In this document: in pieces, positions 1-8,060 of the stretch | How positions within the stretch are numbered: position 1 is the stretch's first letter | Layout of the letters: each line of letters starts with the position of its first letter | Source of the DNA: a virus | Taxonomy: Duplodnaviria > Heunggongvirae > Uroviricota > Caudoviricetes | IMG/VR virus record: IMGVR_UViG_2547132281_000011 | Direction: 5' to 3' (one strand) | Length of the DNA stretch: 29,115 bases | Notes under the pieces: generated by a model | The model's database searches: none | What the model was told of the DNA's origin: nothing | What the model saw: only the letters and a program-made list of their open reading frames with translations | Translations under genes and position numbers: made by a program

Positions 1-573
1 TTACAACTTAGCTTGAGTTTGGAGTTCCTCTACAGGGTGATAACGATAAATCGTCGATATACCGATATCGTAAATAATTGCCAACTGTTTCCTGCTATAG
101 CCATTTTTGATCAGCCTTGCTATTTGTTCATGTTGCTCTTTTGTCAGTTTCGGACGGCGTCCGCCAATACGCCCCTGTGCACGTGCTGCCTCAAGTCCGG
201 CCAGTGTTCGTTCAACTATTAATTCGCGCTCCATTTCCGCTAAAGCCCCCATGACGTGAAAAAAGAAACGTCCCATGGGTGTTGACGTATCAATGCTGTC
301 TGTAAGACTACGGAAATTAACCCCTTTTCCCCGCAGTTCCTCAATAAGAGTGATAAGGTGTTTCATGCTTCTGCCCAGCCTATCCAGCTTCCAGACAACG
401 AGCGTATCTCCTTCTGATAACGTTCTGAGCAGCTTTTTCAATCCCGGTCGGGCTGACTTTGTTCCGCTGATTTTATCCTCAAAAATCAGTTCACATCCTG
501 CGCAGTTCAGTGCGTTTCGTTGTAAATCTGTATTCTGGTCATTTGTTGACACACGAATGTAGCCAATTTGCAT
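1..573 (-). CDS. gin: Serine-recombinase DNA invertase (Gin/Hin/Pin/Cin family), 190 aa
   Basis: N-terminal small serine recombinase motif GYIRVSTNDQ and C-terminal HTH in the translation; AGAGGA RBS before ATG at 573; sits beside an invertible tail-fibre segment as gin does in Mu. Confidence 0.9.
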   Translation of the reverse strand: MQIGYIRVSTNDQNTDLQRNALNCAGCELIFEDKISGTKSARPGLKKLLRTLSEGDTLVVWKLDRLGRSMKHLITLIEELRGKGVNFRSLTDSIDTSTPMGRFFFHVMGALAEMERELIVERTLAGLEAARAQGRIGGRRPKLTKEQHEQIARLIKNGYSRKQLAIIYDIGISTIYRYHPVEELQTQAKL

Positions 574-625
574 GAAAAATATCCTCTTTGTTTTGTTAAA
601 AATACATAGCTGGTATAGGTGGGAG

Positions 626-653
626 TTAAGACGAAAACGTTGGTTTGGGAGAA
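626..653. repeat. Invertase crossover site (gix/hix-like), gin-proximal copy
   Basis: TTAAGACGAAAACG-TT-GGTTTGGGAGAA; inner half-site plus flanking bases is an exact inverted copy of TTCTCCCAAACCAA at 2445-2458; lies between gin start and the segment, overlapping the likely gin promoter. Confidence 0.75.
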
Positions 654-1001
654 GCGGCGAAAAGGGATGTGGGTACAGGAGAAAATCAGATACCGGATAT
701 GTCAGCCTGGAAAAGAAATCCGAGTTCTAATCGCTGGAGAAAATTGCCTGATGGAACCATCATTCAAATGGGAATATCAGCATCAGGGCCATTAGGCTCA
801 CCTGTAAATATCACCCTGCCGATATCTTTCAGCAATACCAATTATTGTGTTGTTGCATCGTACGATAATGCACGGTCAGGTGTGTCAACAATGGTTAGTT
901 TTGCAGCATTACCTGTTTCACCATCGCAATTTTCCCTGATGTCATCTGTGACTGAGCAAGGAATAAATCCTTTTGCTTACTGGATTGCTTTTGGAGATTG
1001 A
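642..1001 (+). CDS. Alternative tail-fibre variable C-terminal domain (S'v-like); no independent start, expressed only after inversion fuses it to the constant N-terminus
   Basis: Frame reads GLGEAAKRD... directly from the crossover core (ORF track start is a TTG at 645); same GLGE junction as residues FVKNLGLGEGS of the fibre gene at 2445-2470. Confidence 0.65.
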   Translation, partial: GLGEAAKRDVGTGENQIPDMSAWKRNPSSNRWRKLPDGTIIQMGISASGPLGSPVNITLPISFSNTNYCVVASYDNARSGVSTMVSFAALPVSPSQFSLMSSVTEQGINPFAYWIAFGD

Positions 1002-1004
1002 TAA

Positions 1005-1424
1005 ATGGACAGATACTTCTATTCACAAAAAGAAAATGGTTTTTTTACCGATTTAAATAAAGCACCTTCAGATGCTGTTGAGATAACCACGGATGAATGG
1101 CTATCACTACTGGATGGACAGGATAATGGCATGAAAATAGTCAGCAATCAGGAGGGATATCCGGTTTTGACAGAGCAACCACCTTTATCAAAAGAAAACC
1201 TTATTGCATTGGCAGAGTTGAAAAAAGGAAAACTTATTAATGAAGCCAACGAGCACATGAACAGCAGGCAATGGCCTGGTAAAGCGGCTATTGGTCGTCT
1301 GAAAGGTGAGGAACTGGCGCAATATAATTTGTGGCTGGATTATCTGGACGCACTGGAACTGGTTGATTCCTCCAGTGCGCCAGATATTGAATGGCCTACG
1401 CCTCCGGCAGTTCAGGCCAGATGA
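1005..1424 (+). CDS. Tail fibre assembly protein, alternative copy (U'-like)
   Basis: 139 aa; C-terminus LWLDYLDALELVDSSSAPDIEWPTPP parallels the C-terminus of the opposite-strand assembly protein (LNAVLDYIDAVTATDTSTAPDVIWPELP); ATG 1005 follows S'v stop. Confidence 0.7.
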   Translation: MDRYFYSQKENGFFTDLNKAPSDAVEITTDEWLSLLDGQDNGMKIVSNQEGYPVLTEQPPLSKENLIALAELKKGKLINEANEHMNSRQWPGKAAIGRLKGEELAQYNLWLDYLDALELVDSSSAPDIEWPTPPAVQAR

Positions 1425-1998
1425 CATCCGGCGCGGTGCTGGTATCTGTTGCCGTCACCGCGTCAATGTAATCCAGCACAGCGTTAAGTCGGGTGGTTTC
1501 TGCCTGCGTCAGCTTCCGTCCGGCCTGTAGTTTCAGTTGAATCAGACTAATGGAAGCCATTGCTGCATCAATAAGTGACTGGCGCAGTGCTTCTGCCGCG
1601 TCTACTGCGGCATTATGCTGTGCCTCAGTATCTGTCACCCATTTCTCACCATCCCATTTATCGTATGGCGTTAACGGGGCGATAGTGGTTGTATTATCAG
1701 GGTAATCACCCGGAGCTGTGATTTCTTTTGATTCTCCTGTTTCGGTGCTAAAGACGATTTCACCGCGATGGTCTGGCACATATTCCCATGAGTTAAAATC
1801 TGCAGATCGGCAGATTGCATAACCAGTTTTGTATGAGCCAGGAGCATCTAAACAGGAACATGCCGGAATGCCGACACCCACAGCAAGATATTCAGTTGAT
1901 GTGAAAATATATTCCCGTGTTTCACCATCATAGTTATAAACCGTAATATTTCCTGCCTGGGTGGCGATAAATTCGTTATTTAATACAGCGTAATCCAT
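1396..1998 (-). CDS. Tail fibre assembly protein (U-like), currently in expressed orientation
   Basis: 200 aa immediately downstream of the tail-fibre gene (TAATG overlap at 1998); conserved Tfa-type C-terminus; 3' end overlaps U' convergently by 29 bp. Confidence 0.75.
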   Translation of the reverse strand: MDYAVLNNEFIATQAGNITVYNYDGETREYIFTSTEYLAVGVGIPACSCLDAPGSYKTGYAICRSADFNSWEYVPDHRGEIVFSTETGESKEITAPGDYPDNTTTIAPLTPYDKWDGEKWVTDTEAQHNAAVDAAEALRQSLIDAAMASISLIQLKLQAGRKLTQAETTRLNAVLDYIDAVTATDTSTAPDVIWPELPEA

Positions 1999-2945
1999 TA
2001 TGCAGCCCTCACGATATAATTAAAGGCAATGTTTCGAGGACGGTTTTCGTTTGCAGTTGGAACAACTCTGGAAGCATCAAATGTTACTCGCTTTGCATAA
2101 CCACCTTTAATTGAATCAGATGAAGCATCTCCGATGACGCTGGTTGTAAAAACGCCAGAATCAGAAGGATAGGTATTAAACCTGACATCTACTAATGCAC
2201 CAATTATATTTCGAATGGCATCGCCCTGTGATGCAAGCAAGCTACGGTTAGTATCAATTCCTCTTCCGTCATCCCAGCCACGAATAAACTCACCACGTAA
2301 ATCAGGTAATTTATTTGTCGGGTAAGCCTTTGCCAGTTCCGGGTATTCTTCAGCAGAAAAAGCCGCACCATTGCATTTCAGCCAGCCTGTTGGCGGAGTG
2401 GCTGAAGGCCACGGAACAGGGACACCAACAGGTAATGCAGAGCCTTCTCCCAAACCAAGGTTTTTGACAAACAGCGCAGGATCAGGAATATCTGCGCCGT
2501 TCTGGTCTTTAGCCAGCTTTTCCGCCAGCTTGTTCAGTACCGTAGTCGCAAAGTTTGGATCATTACCGAGAGCGTCAGCCAGCTCTTTAAGCGTATCCAG
2601 TGTCTCAGGGGCGCTGCCTGCAAGCGCCGCAAGTGCTTTGGCCACAAACTCCGTCGTCGCCAGCTTTTTGCTGTTATCGCCATTTGCAGGTGTAGGTGCT
2701 GTTGGTGTGCCGGTGAATGCCGGACTGGCTTTCGGTGCATACTGGGCATGCGGGTCTGCTGCCGCGATGTGTTTCGCAAGGTCAGCCCCGCCTTTTTCAA
2801 CCTGTTGCTTCAGGTACAGCGTGCGGCTGGCCAGTTGTTTACCCTGACGGTTAGAAATTCCGTCAGGCCCGCCCAGAACGGGGTCAGAGACCTCAATCTG
2901 GTAGATGCCGTCTTCCCACTGTGGGGTTTCAGGTAGATTTGCCAT
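1998..2945 (-). CDS. Tail fibre protein (S-like): constant N-terminal part (2945 to ~2458) plus currently joined variable C-terminal part (~2457 to 1998)
   Basis: 315 aa, Ala/Gly/Pro-rich fibre-like N-terminus; crossover site lies inside the gene at codons FVKNLGLGE; followed by assembly-protein gene. Confidence 0.8.
   Translation of the reverse strand: MANLPETPQWEDGIYQIEVSDPVLGGPDGISNRQGKQLASRTLYLKQQVEKGGADLAKHIAAADPHAQYAPKASPAFTGTPTAPTPANGDNSKKLATTEFVAKALAALAGSAPETLDTLKELADALGNDPNFATTVLNKLAEKLAKDQNGADIPDPALFVKNLGLGEGSALPVGVPVPWPSATPPTGWLKCNGAAFSAEEYPELAKAYPTNKLPDLRGEFIRGWDDGRGIDTNRSLLASQGDAIRNIIGALVDVRFNTYPSDSGVFTTSVIGDASSDSIKGGYAKRVTFDASRVVPTANENRPRNIAFNYIVRAA
2445..2470. repeat. Invertase crossover site (gix/hix-like) inside the tail-fibre gene at the constant/variable junction
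   Basis: TTCTCCCAAACC-AA-GGTTTTTGACAA: two 12-bp imperfect inverted half-sites around a 2-bp core, the organisation of hix/gix sites; 14-nt inverted match to 640-653. Confidence 0.8.
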
Positions 2946-2947
2946 AA

Positions 2948-3526
2948 TTAACTGCTCCCGTGGTTGTAACTACCGTCATAACGGGTAGTACTGTTGTATC
3001 GAATGGCGACAGACTGATATTCCAGGCTTGCCAGATGGCAGCGAGCCGGAGCAAAGGCAGCGAGCGTCTGACGTAACAGCGCTGCCTGATCATTAGTGAT
3101 GGGCTGTTGAAGGATGACCCGATAGACTGCCCAGGCTTGTGCATCGCCATGGACGAAAAGTCCGTTGTAACTGTGTTTACCGTCGTAGCCGATCTGCCCC
3201 GTACCTTCTATCAGCTCTACTTCGCCAAAGCCAAAACGGCGGATAATTTCCCGGATTGACCACGGCGTTCCTTTATAGCGGTGTAGCTCGATAGCGGATT
3301 TGATAAGCATGCGGCGTACATCGTCCGATTCCGCCAGTTCCCAGCCATCGCCGAACAACGAGAACTGCTCGCCCAGCCATGGCAGCGCGGAACTGTCGAC
3401 GATATCGACGAGACAGACCATCAGTACGCTCAGGTCGATGTTATCCAGCCGTTCGGCCAGTCTTCCCAGCGTTTTGAGACTGATATCACCCTCAAGCGGT
3501 GGCGGTAGTCGTAGCGCCTCAGCCAT
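2948..3526 (-). CDS. Tail/baseplate protein of the P2 gpI / Mu gp48 family
   Basis: 192 aa; motif SALPWLGEQFSLFGDGWELAE...HRYKGTPWSIREIIRRFGFGEV resembles the conserved LPWLAW...HR.KGT core of phage tail protein I; directly upstream of the fibre gene. Confidence 0.65.
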   Translation of the reverse strand: MAEALRLPPPLEGDISLKTLGRLAERLDNIDLSVLMVCLVDIVDSSALPWLGEQFSLFGDGWELAESDDVRRMLIKSAIELHRYKGTPWSIREIIRRFGFGEVELIEGTGQIGYDGKHSYNGLFVHGDAQAWAVYRVILQQPITNDQAALLRQTLAAFAPARCHLASLEYQSVAIRYNSTTRYDGSYNHGSS

Positions 3527-3543
3527 CGGACACCCCTGTCACG

Positions 3544-3720
3544 TTAAGAGTGATTGCCGTACAGTTTGCCCATTCGTTTTAAGGCATTCTGGCGTTCCTG
3601 CAGACGGCGGGAGGTATCACCAAGGGAATCAAGGGCGCGTCGGGTGCCACTGACGGCTGAGCGGAAGCTGCTCCCGACAATGCCGCCAATAATGACGCCG
3701 ACTGAAAATTCACTGGCCAC
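3544..3720 (-). pseudogene. Possible 5' remnant of the tape-measure gene (58 codons from GTG 3720) left by an internal deletion
   Basis: Frame after the chaperone genes reads VASEFSVGVIIGGIVGSSFRSAVSGTRRALDSLGDTSRRLQERQNALKRMGKLYGNHS, compositionally like a tape-measure N-terminus; GAGGA upstream of GTG; stops 18 bp before the gpI-like gene. Confidence 0.3.
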
Positions 3721-3812
3721 GGTGGCTATCCTCTGAAAGCAAAAAAACGGAAGGGAAGTGTCTGAACCCCATGCAGAACAGCCGCGACTGGCGGCTGTTA
3801 AGTGATACGTTG

Positions 3813-4070
3813 TTACTGATTGTCGCCGAACTCGCTTTTGATTTGCTCTTCAGCCTGCTCCAGCCACATCTCCAGATCGTCAGTATCGAGGGCATCAATC
3901 TCCCCCGGCTGAAACCTGAACCATCTCGCCAGCAGGCCCTGCGCCTGCATCAGTGTTTTTGTCGCTCTTGCCCAGCCCAGTGATTTTCTGAAATCGTTTC
4001 TGCAGCTCCATATAGTCGGCAAGATCCATGTTATCGAGGTCTTCCGGGAGGATACCGGTGCTACGGGCAA
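3813..4070 (-). CDS. Overlapping alternate-frame ORF of the tail assembly chaperone (E'/GT-type extension reached by frameshift)
   Basis: Overlaps the last 176 nt of the chaperone gene and extends 82 nt past its stop; lies in the +1 (equivalently -2) frame relative to it. Confidence 0.5.
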   Translation of the reverse strand: MPVAPVSSRKTSITWILPTIWSCRNDFRKSLGWARATKTLMQAQGLLARWFRFQPGEIDALDTDDLEMWLEQAEEQIKSEFGDNQ

Positions 4071-4236
4071 TCAGTGGTTCGTCCCAGTCTGCCGGGTCTT
4101 TGTTGATTTTGCGCACCTGCTTCAGGTCTTTTACTGTCAGGCGTTTCAGTTCAATCTGTTCAATTCTGGTACCTGCAGCAGTGGTGAAAGGATAAGACAG
4201 CGTAAAAGTATCGGACTGGGTCTGTGACATGATCAT
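3895..4236 (-). CDS. Tail assembly chaperone (P2 gpE / lambda G-like)
   Basis: 113 aa, acidic C-terminal half, positioned after sheath and tube with an overlapping alternate-frame ORF. Confidence 0.6.
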   Translation of the reverse strand: MIMSQTQSDTFTLSYPFTTAAGTRIEQIELKRLTVKDLKQVRKINKDPADWDEPLIARSTGILPEDLDNMDLADYMELQKRFQKITGLGKSDKNTDAGAGPAGEMVQVSAGGD

Positions 4237-4291
4237 ACTCCTTTGTAAATTCAGAGCAGTATGTCTGGCGGTGGACGTGACGGATATTAAA

Positions 4292-4320
4292 GGAGATTAA
4301 GAAGAAGGGGCCGGAGCCCC
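4292..4320 (-). terminator. Putative intrinsic terminator after the sheath-tube transcription unit
   Basis: GC hairpin GGGGC-tccg-GCCCC (minus-strand sense, plus-strand 4307-4320) followed on the minus strand by TTCTTCTTAATCTCC. Confidence 0.4.
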
Positions 4321-4327
4321 TGTGATG

Positions 4328-4609
4328 TCAGCAAGTGCGAAAACCCTTGCAGTTACGCAGGAAAGCGATGAGAAGCGCCTTTCCCTCAGATTTGCCGATG
4401 CCGGAGAACCAGTGGTCGGGCGGCTCCCATGCTTCAATCAAATCGGCCAGTTTGCGGGCCTTTGAACGTGTGCAGTCAATCGGGTCATTGGTTTTACGGG
4501 TATTAAAAAGGGTTTCCACCCCCGGAATATCAAGGAGGGTAAACCACGTACCATTTGACATGCCCAGTGACGCACATCGCCCTCCTTTGTCAGTCAGTTC
4601 AACACTCAC
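4328..4609 (-). CDS. Hypothetical protein downstream of the tube gene
   Basis: 93-aa ORF starting 3 nt after tube stop; no recognisable motif. Confidence 0.4.
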   Translation of the reverse strand: MSVELTDKGGRCASLGMSNGTWFTLLDIPGVETLFNTRKTNDPIDCTRSKARKLADLIEAWEPPDHWFSGIGKSEGKALLIAFLRNCKGFRTC

Positions 4610-4611
4610 CG

Positions 4612-5133
4612 TCAGCCCCCGATATTGATCCGATAGTCAGTCAGTTGATCAACGCCACCGACGCGGAAGATGTTGGCCAGATAGTCCAGTTGCAGCAACT
4701 CTTCACCATCCAGTACCTGTCTGATATACGTGCAGGTGAAGCTACTGGAGAACTCGGCGTTCTCGTGCTGTTTAAACGTCCCCAGCGGGTTCTTCTTGAA
4801 CATAATTGTCAGGAAGGTGACCAGCGGGATTTCGTCGATCAGCCCCTGCGAGCTGTAGCGCTGGACGCTGGAGCGACACTGCAGCGCCAGCGACTTGTAC
4901 GGGTTCGCGGCAGACAGCATCGCATCGCGGTAAAAGCTGTTCCATTTGATTTCGCCTTCCAGTTTGTCAAAACCAGCCGGGAGTTCCACCTTACCCACCA
5001 TCCCCAGTGCCTTGTGTTCCTGCATAATCATGGAGACATCGGGGAGTTTAACCTCCTCAGCCCGTCCCAGCAGGTTAGTACCATCCAGATAGATGTTGGC
5101 ATTCGTGATTCGGTTTATCTCAATCTTTGACAT
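4612..5133 (-). CDS. Tail tube protein
   Basis: 173 aa directly after sheath (1-nt overlap); size and position as P2 FII / Mu M. Confidence 0.7.
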   Translation of the reverse strand: MSKIEINRITNANIYLDGTNLLGRAEEVKLPDVSMIMQEHKALGMVGKVELPAGFDKLEGEIKWNSFYRDAMLSAANPYKSLALQCRSSVQRYSSQGLIDEIPLVTFLTIMFKKNPLGTFKQHENAEFSSSFTCTYIRQVLDGEELLQLDYLANIFRVGGVDQLTDYRINIGG

Positions 5134-6560
5134 CAGTTGCCCCCTTTCAGGGTTAACAGGTATTCCGAGGTGATCTCAGTCTCAAACGTCAGTCGCTCCA
5201 GCGGCGGTGGTGGCGTATATTTGTAGCTCAGCAACAGGTGCCCGGCGGCCAGCTCCGTTTCCGGATTGCGGGCCGGATCAAACCAGCAACGGAAGCCCAG
5301 TACCGCGCCATCACCAGTCATTTTGCGACCGTAGGCGTTGACCGACTCCGTCAGTGCATCAATCAGCGCCTGAGTAATCGGCATGTCGATGTACTGCTGG
5401 CTGAAGTAACGAATGGACTCATTGATCACATCACCGGTGCGGCGAACGTTCTCAAAGTTACGCATATGGGTGACCGTTGGCCATGCTGCCGTCCGGTTAC
5501 CCCACAGACGAAGGCCGCTGCCGTAACTGCTGAATACCGTGGTGATCCCCTGTTCGTTAAGCAGGTTCACCTCGCTCTGCGGATCGTCAATCATTGCCGA
5601 CAGCTGGCGCTCCACGCCGGTGATCCCCAGAATTTCCTGATTTGAGGATGACCACCAGTACCCTTTGTCCAGGTCGACTTTGGCACGCAGGCCCGCCGCA
5701 CGCTGGCTCAGTGGCTCCAGACGTTCCGTGTTCGTCACCGGGTCATATACCTTCACATGCGGGTAGCACAGGCGGACACGGTCAGAGCTGGTATTAAAGT
5801 TAATGGTGCCTTCCGGGCCTCGTCCCGCCAGAGCCTGCGCAAAAGTGGTACCAACCGGCGCATCAATATAGGTTACTGCTCCCAGTTTCTCAGCCATGGC
5901 GATAAGCTCAACCGAGACGCTGTTCTGGGTGCAGAATACCGGAGCAATCAGGATTTTGGCGAAGTAGCCAAACAGGTTAAAACTGTCGTTAAGCAGCTTC
6001 ATGCCGGTACGGTTGCCTGCAGCGTTAACGGTACCGATGATATCAGCCGGGGTGACTTTGGTCGGATCAGCATAGTTATAGCTGGCCTTCACCGTTGCAT
6101 CTGCAGCAATGCTTTTACCCAGGTTAGTAATCACCCCGGTCTGTGCATCAAGCGAGTAGTCCTGACCTTCAACATAAGGCTGACCGTCGCTGTCCGGTTT
6201 CAGTACCAGCTGCGCGACCACCGGATTAGCCAGCCGGGCTCTGCCTGTCGCCTTGTCGAACGACACATTCTCACTGACCACAGCGGTTTTATGCACAGAC
6301 GGATCGAGTACGTTAATGACCAGAACGGTGCCTGCACCATGGTCATAAATCGCATCCAGCGCCTGTGGAATGGTAAAGCCGGTGAACTGGCTGCCAAATG
6401 CCGCAGCGTCTTTCTCAGACAGGCACTGTACCAGCGTATTGACATCCCCCATTGGTGCGGTACCAATCAGGCCAATAACGGCAGATTTCACCGTTTTAAC
6501 CGGGCGGGCACCGTTTTCCACTTCAATGGTTTCCGGACCATGCAGATAGTTAGCTGACAT
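5133..6560 (-). CDS. Contractile tail sheath protein
   Basis: 475 aa, N-terminus MSANYLHGPETIEVENGARPVKTVKSAVIGLIGTA resembles the Mu L sheath N-terminus as recalled; followed by tube gene. Confidence 0.8.
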   Translation of the reverse strand: MSANYLHGPETIEVENGARPVKTVKSAVIGLIGTAPMGDVNTLVQCLSEKDAAAFGSQFTGFTIPQALDAIYDHGAGTVLVINVLDPSVHKTAVVSENVSFDKATGRARLANPVVAQLVLKPDSDGQPYVEGQDYSLDAQTGVITNLGKSIAADATVKASYNYADPTKVTPADIIGTVNAAGNRTGMKLLNDSFNLFGYFAKILIAPVFCTQNSVSVELIAMAEKLGAVTYIDAPVGTTFAQALAGRGPEGTINFNTSSDRVRLCYPHVKVYDPVTNTERLEPLSQRAAGLRAKVDLDKGYWWSSSNQEILGITGVERQLSAMIDDPQSEVNLLNEQGITTVFSSYGSGLRLWGNRTAAWPTVTHMRNFENVRRTGDVINESIRYFSQQYIDMPITQALIDALTESVNAYGRKMTGDGAVLGFRCWFDPARNPETELAAGHLLLSYKYTPPPPLERLTFETEITSEYLLTLKGGN

Positions 6561-6804
6561 GGGCGTCCTCCGTTTTCACCTCGCTGTCACCGCCGTTCCT
6601 GCGCTTTGGTGACTGCACAGCCGGTGTGCCGGCGGGTTTAATTTCTTCAGATACCGGCGTCAGATGCTTCAGCGCCACCAGTACCTTCACGTAGTCATGC
6701 TCCTCCGGCAGGGAAACAGTCTTCCCCGGCCAGAGCAGGATTTCGGTTCCGTCCGACAGCGTGACGCCGCTGGCCGGGCCGGAATAGCGGTATTCTTTCA
6801 TCAC
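6550..6804 (-). CDS. Small protein at the Mu gp38 position (head-tail region)
   Basis: 84 aa, overlaps sheath start by 11 nt; assigned by synteny only. Confidence 0.5.
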   Translation of the reverse strand: MMKEYRYSGPASGVTLSDGTEILLWPGKTVSLPEEHDYVKVLVALKHLTPVSEEIKPAGTPAVQSPKRRNGGDSEVKTEDAHVS

Positions 6805-7265
6805 TCGCTTTCCTCATAGTTCACTTCAGTTAACAGCGGGCCGGACGGTAAATCGCTGTCTTCGATAAAGACGCTTTCAGTCGCGAAGTCGAGGGCGTAC
6901 TGCCACAGCCCCCTGACTTCACCGATAAACACCTCGCGGGTCAGCCAGATACGGCGGCGGCACCCGGGCGGGGTGTAGCCACCAAGAATGCGGCGGACAG
7001 CATCCAGGACATTAATCGCCCCTTTTTTACCGTTGAGCTGTCGGAAGACCACCGTGACGCAGAGCTGGATAGTCTGAGGCTGGATCACCGCACCGGTATC
7101 ATCCGGCCTGTCGAAACGCGATCCTGCATAGCTCAGCAGCAACGCCCCGACAGAATGATTGAGGCGGTATTCGGACGGCTTTTCCGGGAAGTACTCAACC
7201 TGCAGCTGAGGCAGCTTCTCGCGCAACCGGGCCAGCACCGCATCAAGGACGGGCAGAACATTCAT
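6801..7265 (-). CDS. Mu gp37-like head-tail protein
   Basis: 154 aa, ATGA-coupled to neighbours; assigned by synteny. Confidence 0.5.
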   Translation of the reverse strand: MNVLPVLDAVLARLREKLPQLQVEYFPEKPSEYRLNHSVGALLLSYAGSRFDRPDDTGAVIQPQTIQLCVTVVFRQLNGKKGAINVLDAVRRILGGYTPPGCRRRIWLTREVFIGEVRGLWQYALDFATESVFIEDSDLPSGPLLTEVNYEESE

Positions 7266-7711
7266 CAGTATTTCTCCAGTAAGCCGTCACGACCGCCGAA
7301 AGTGGCCGGGCGGCTGCGTACACGAAACTCTCCTGGCTCAGGCATATCTTTCTGAGTGGACGGCAGCCCCAGCGTAAGCCTGTTATCACGTAACTCCTTC
7401 AGTTGCCGCAGCGCTTCTTTGTGGTCATCCTTCACCGTATCCGGGAGGTCACCTTCCGGGCGGCGGGCGTAGAGCCGGTAACGGACCAGCGTGATGGCAA
7501 TGTCCCGCAGAACGGTCGGTATCTCCGCCAGCGGCAGGATATAGCGTCCGCGCAGATGGGCATCAATCAGCTCGTCGGCATAGCGGATACAGCTCTCCAC
7601 CACACGGGTATTCACTGTCGCAGGCGAGTCGAAGTCCATCTCTTCACTGGTGAGCTCGATCAGCGTTCGTTCCGGCACCTGCTCAAGCAAATCCTCCAGG
7701 GTGCAGTACAT
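7265..7711 (-). CDS. Mu gp36-like head-tail connector protein
   Basis: 148 aa from ATG at 7711 (MYCTLEDLL...); the ORF-track upstream extension overlaps the preceding gene; assigned by synteny. Confidence 0.5.
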   Translation of the reverse strand: MYCTLEDLLEQVPERTLIELTSEEMDFDSPATVNTRVVESCIRYADELIDAHLRGRYILPLAEIPTVLRDIAITLVRYRLYARRPEGDLPDTVKDDHKEALRQLKELRDNRLTLGLPSTQKDMPEPGEFRVRSRPATFGGRDGLLEKY

Positions 7712-7712
7712 G

Positions 7713-8051
7713 TCACACCCCGCGCAGGATACGAATGACGTCGCCTTCACCCCCGGCTTCATCAAGTGCAATACCACAGGATTTACCGTCGCCGGACTGC
7801 GGCACGGCTCTGGCCTGAGCATCTGACTGAACAGCCACACCACGGCTGACCGCAGCACCGGCCTCAACAGCAATAATGCCCAGAACGCTCACCGGCGTGC
7901 TGTCGCCGGTAACAGCATCCACTTCGGCAACCCCGAGCGCTGCGGCACCGGCTTTACAGGGGGTATTATCTGCCCCGACAAAACGCTGCTGTGCCAGTTC
8001 TGCCCCTGCCGTTACGGTTGTAATCAGAATGACCTGCTGAGTGGTTCCCAT
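7713..8051 (-). CDS. Hypothetical small head protein
   Basis: 112-aa Ala/Gly/Val-rich ORF directly after the major capsid gene. Confidence 0.4.
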   Translation of the reverse strand: MGTTQQVILITTVTAGAELAQQRFVGADNTPCKAGAAALGVAEVDAVTGDSTPVSVLGIIAVEAGAAVSRGVAVQSDAQARAVPQSGDGKSCGIALDEAGGEGDVIRILRGV

Positions 8052-8060
8052 AACGCCTCC

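Larger units (their letters stand above)
640..2458. other. Site-specifically invertible DNA segment (~1.8 kb; Mu G / P1 C / e14 P-like) carrying two alternative tail-fibre C-termini and two assembly-protein genes
   Basis: Bounded by inverted crossover sites with cores at 640-641 (TT) and 2457-2458 (AA); contains convergent gene pairs; reading frame continues across both sites with the same GLGE junction. Confidence 0.8.

Noticed and set aside
3710-3898. 62-aa minus-strand ORF between chaperone and gpI-like gene
   Set aside because: Different frame from the tape-measure-like remnant, overlaps the end of the chaperone extension ORF, and has no RBS; probably spurious.
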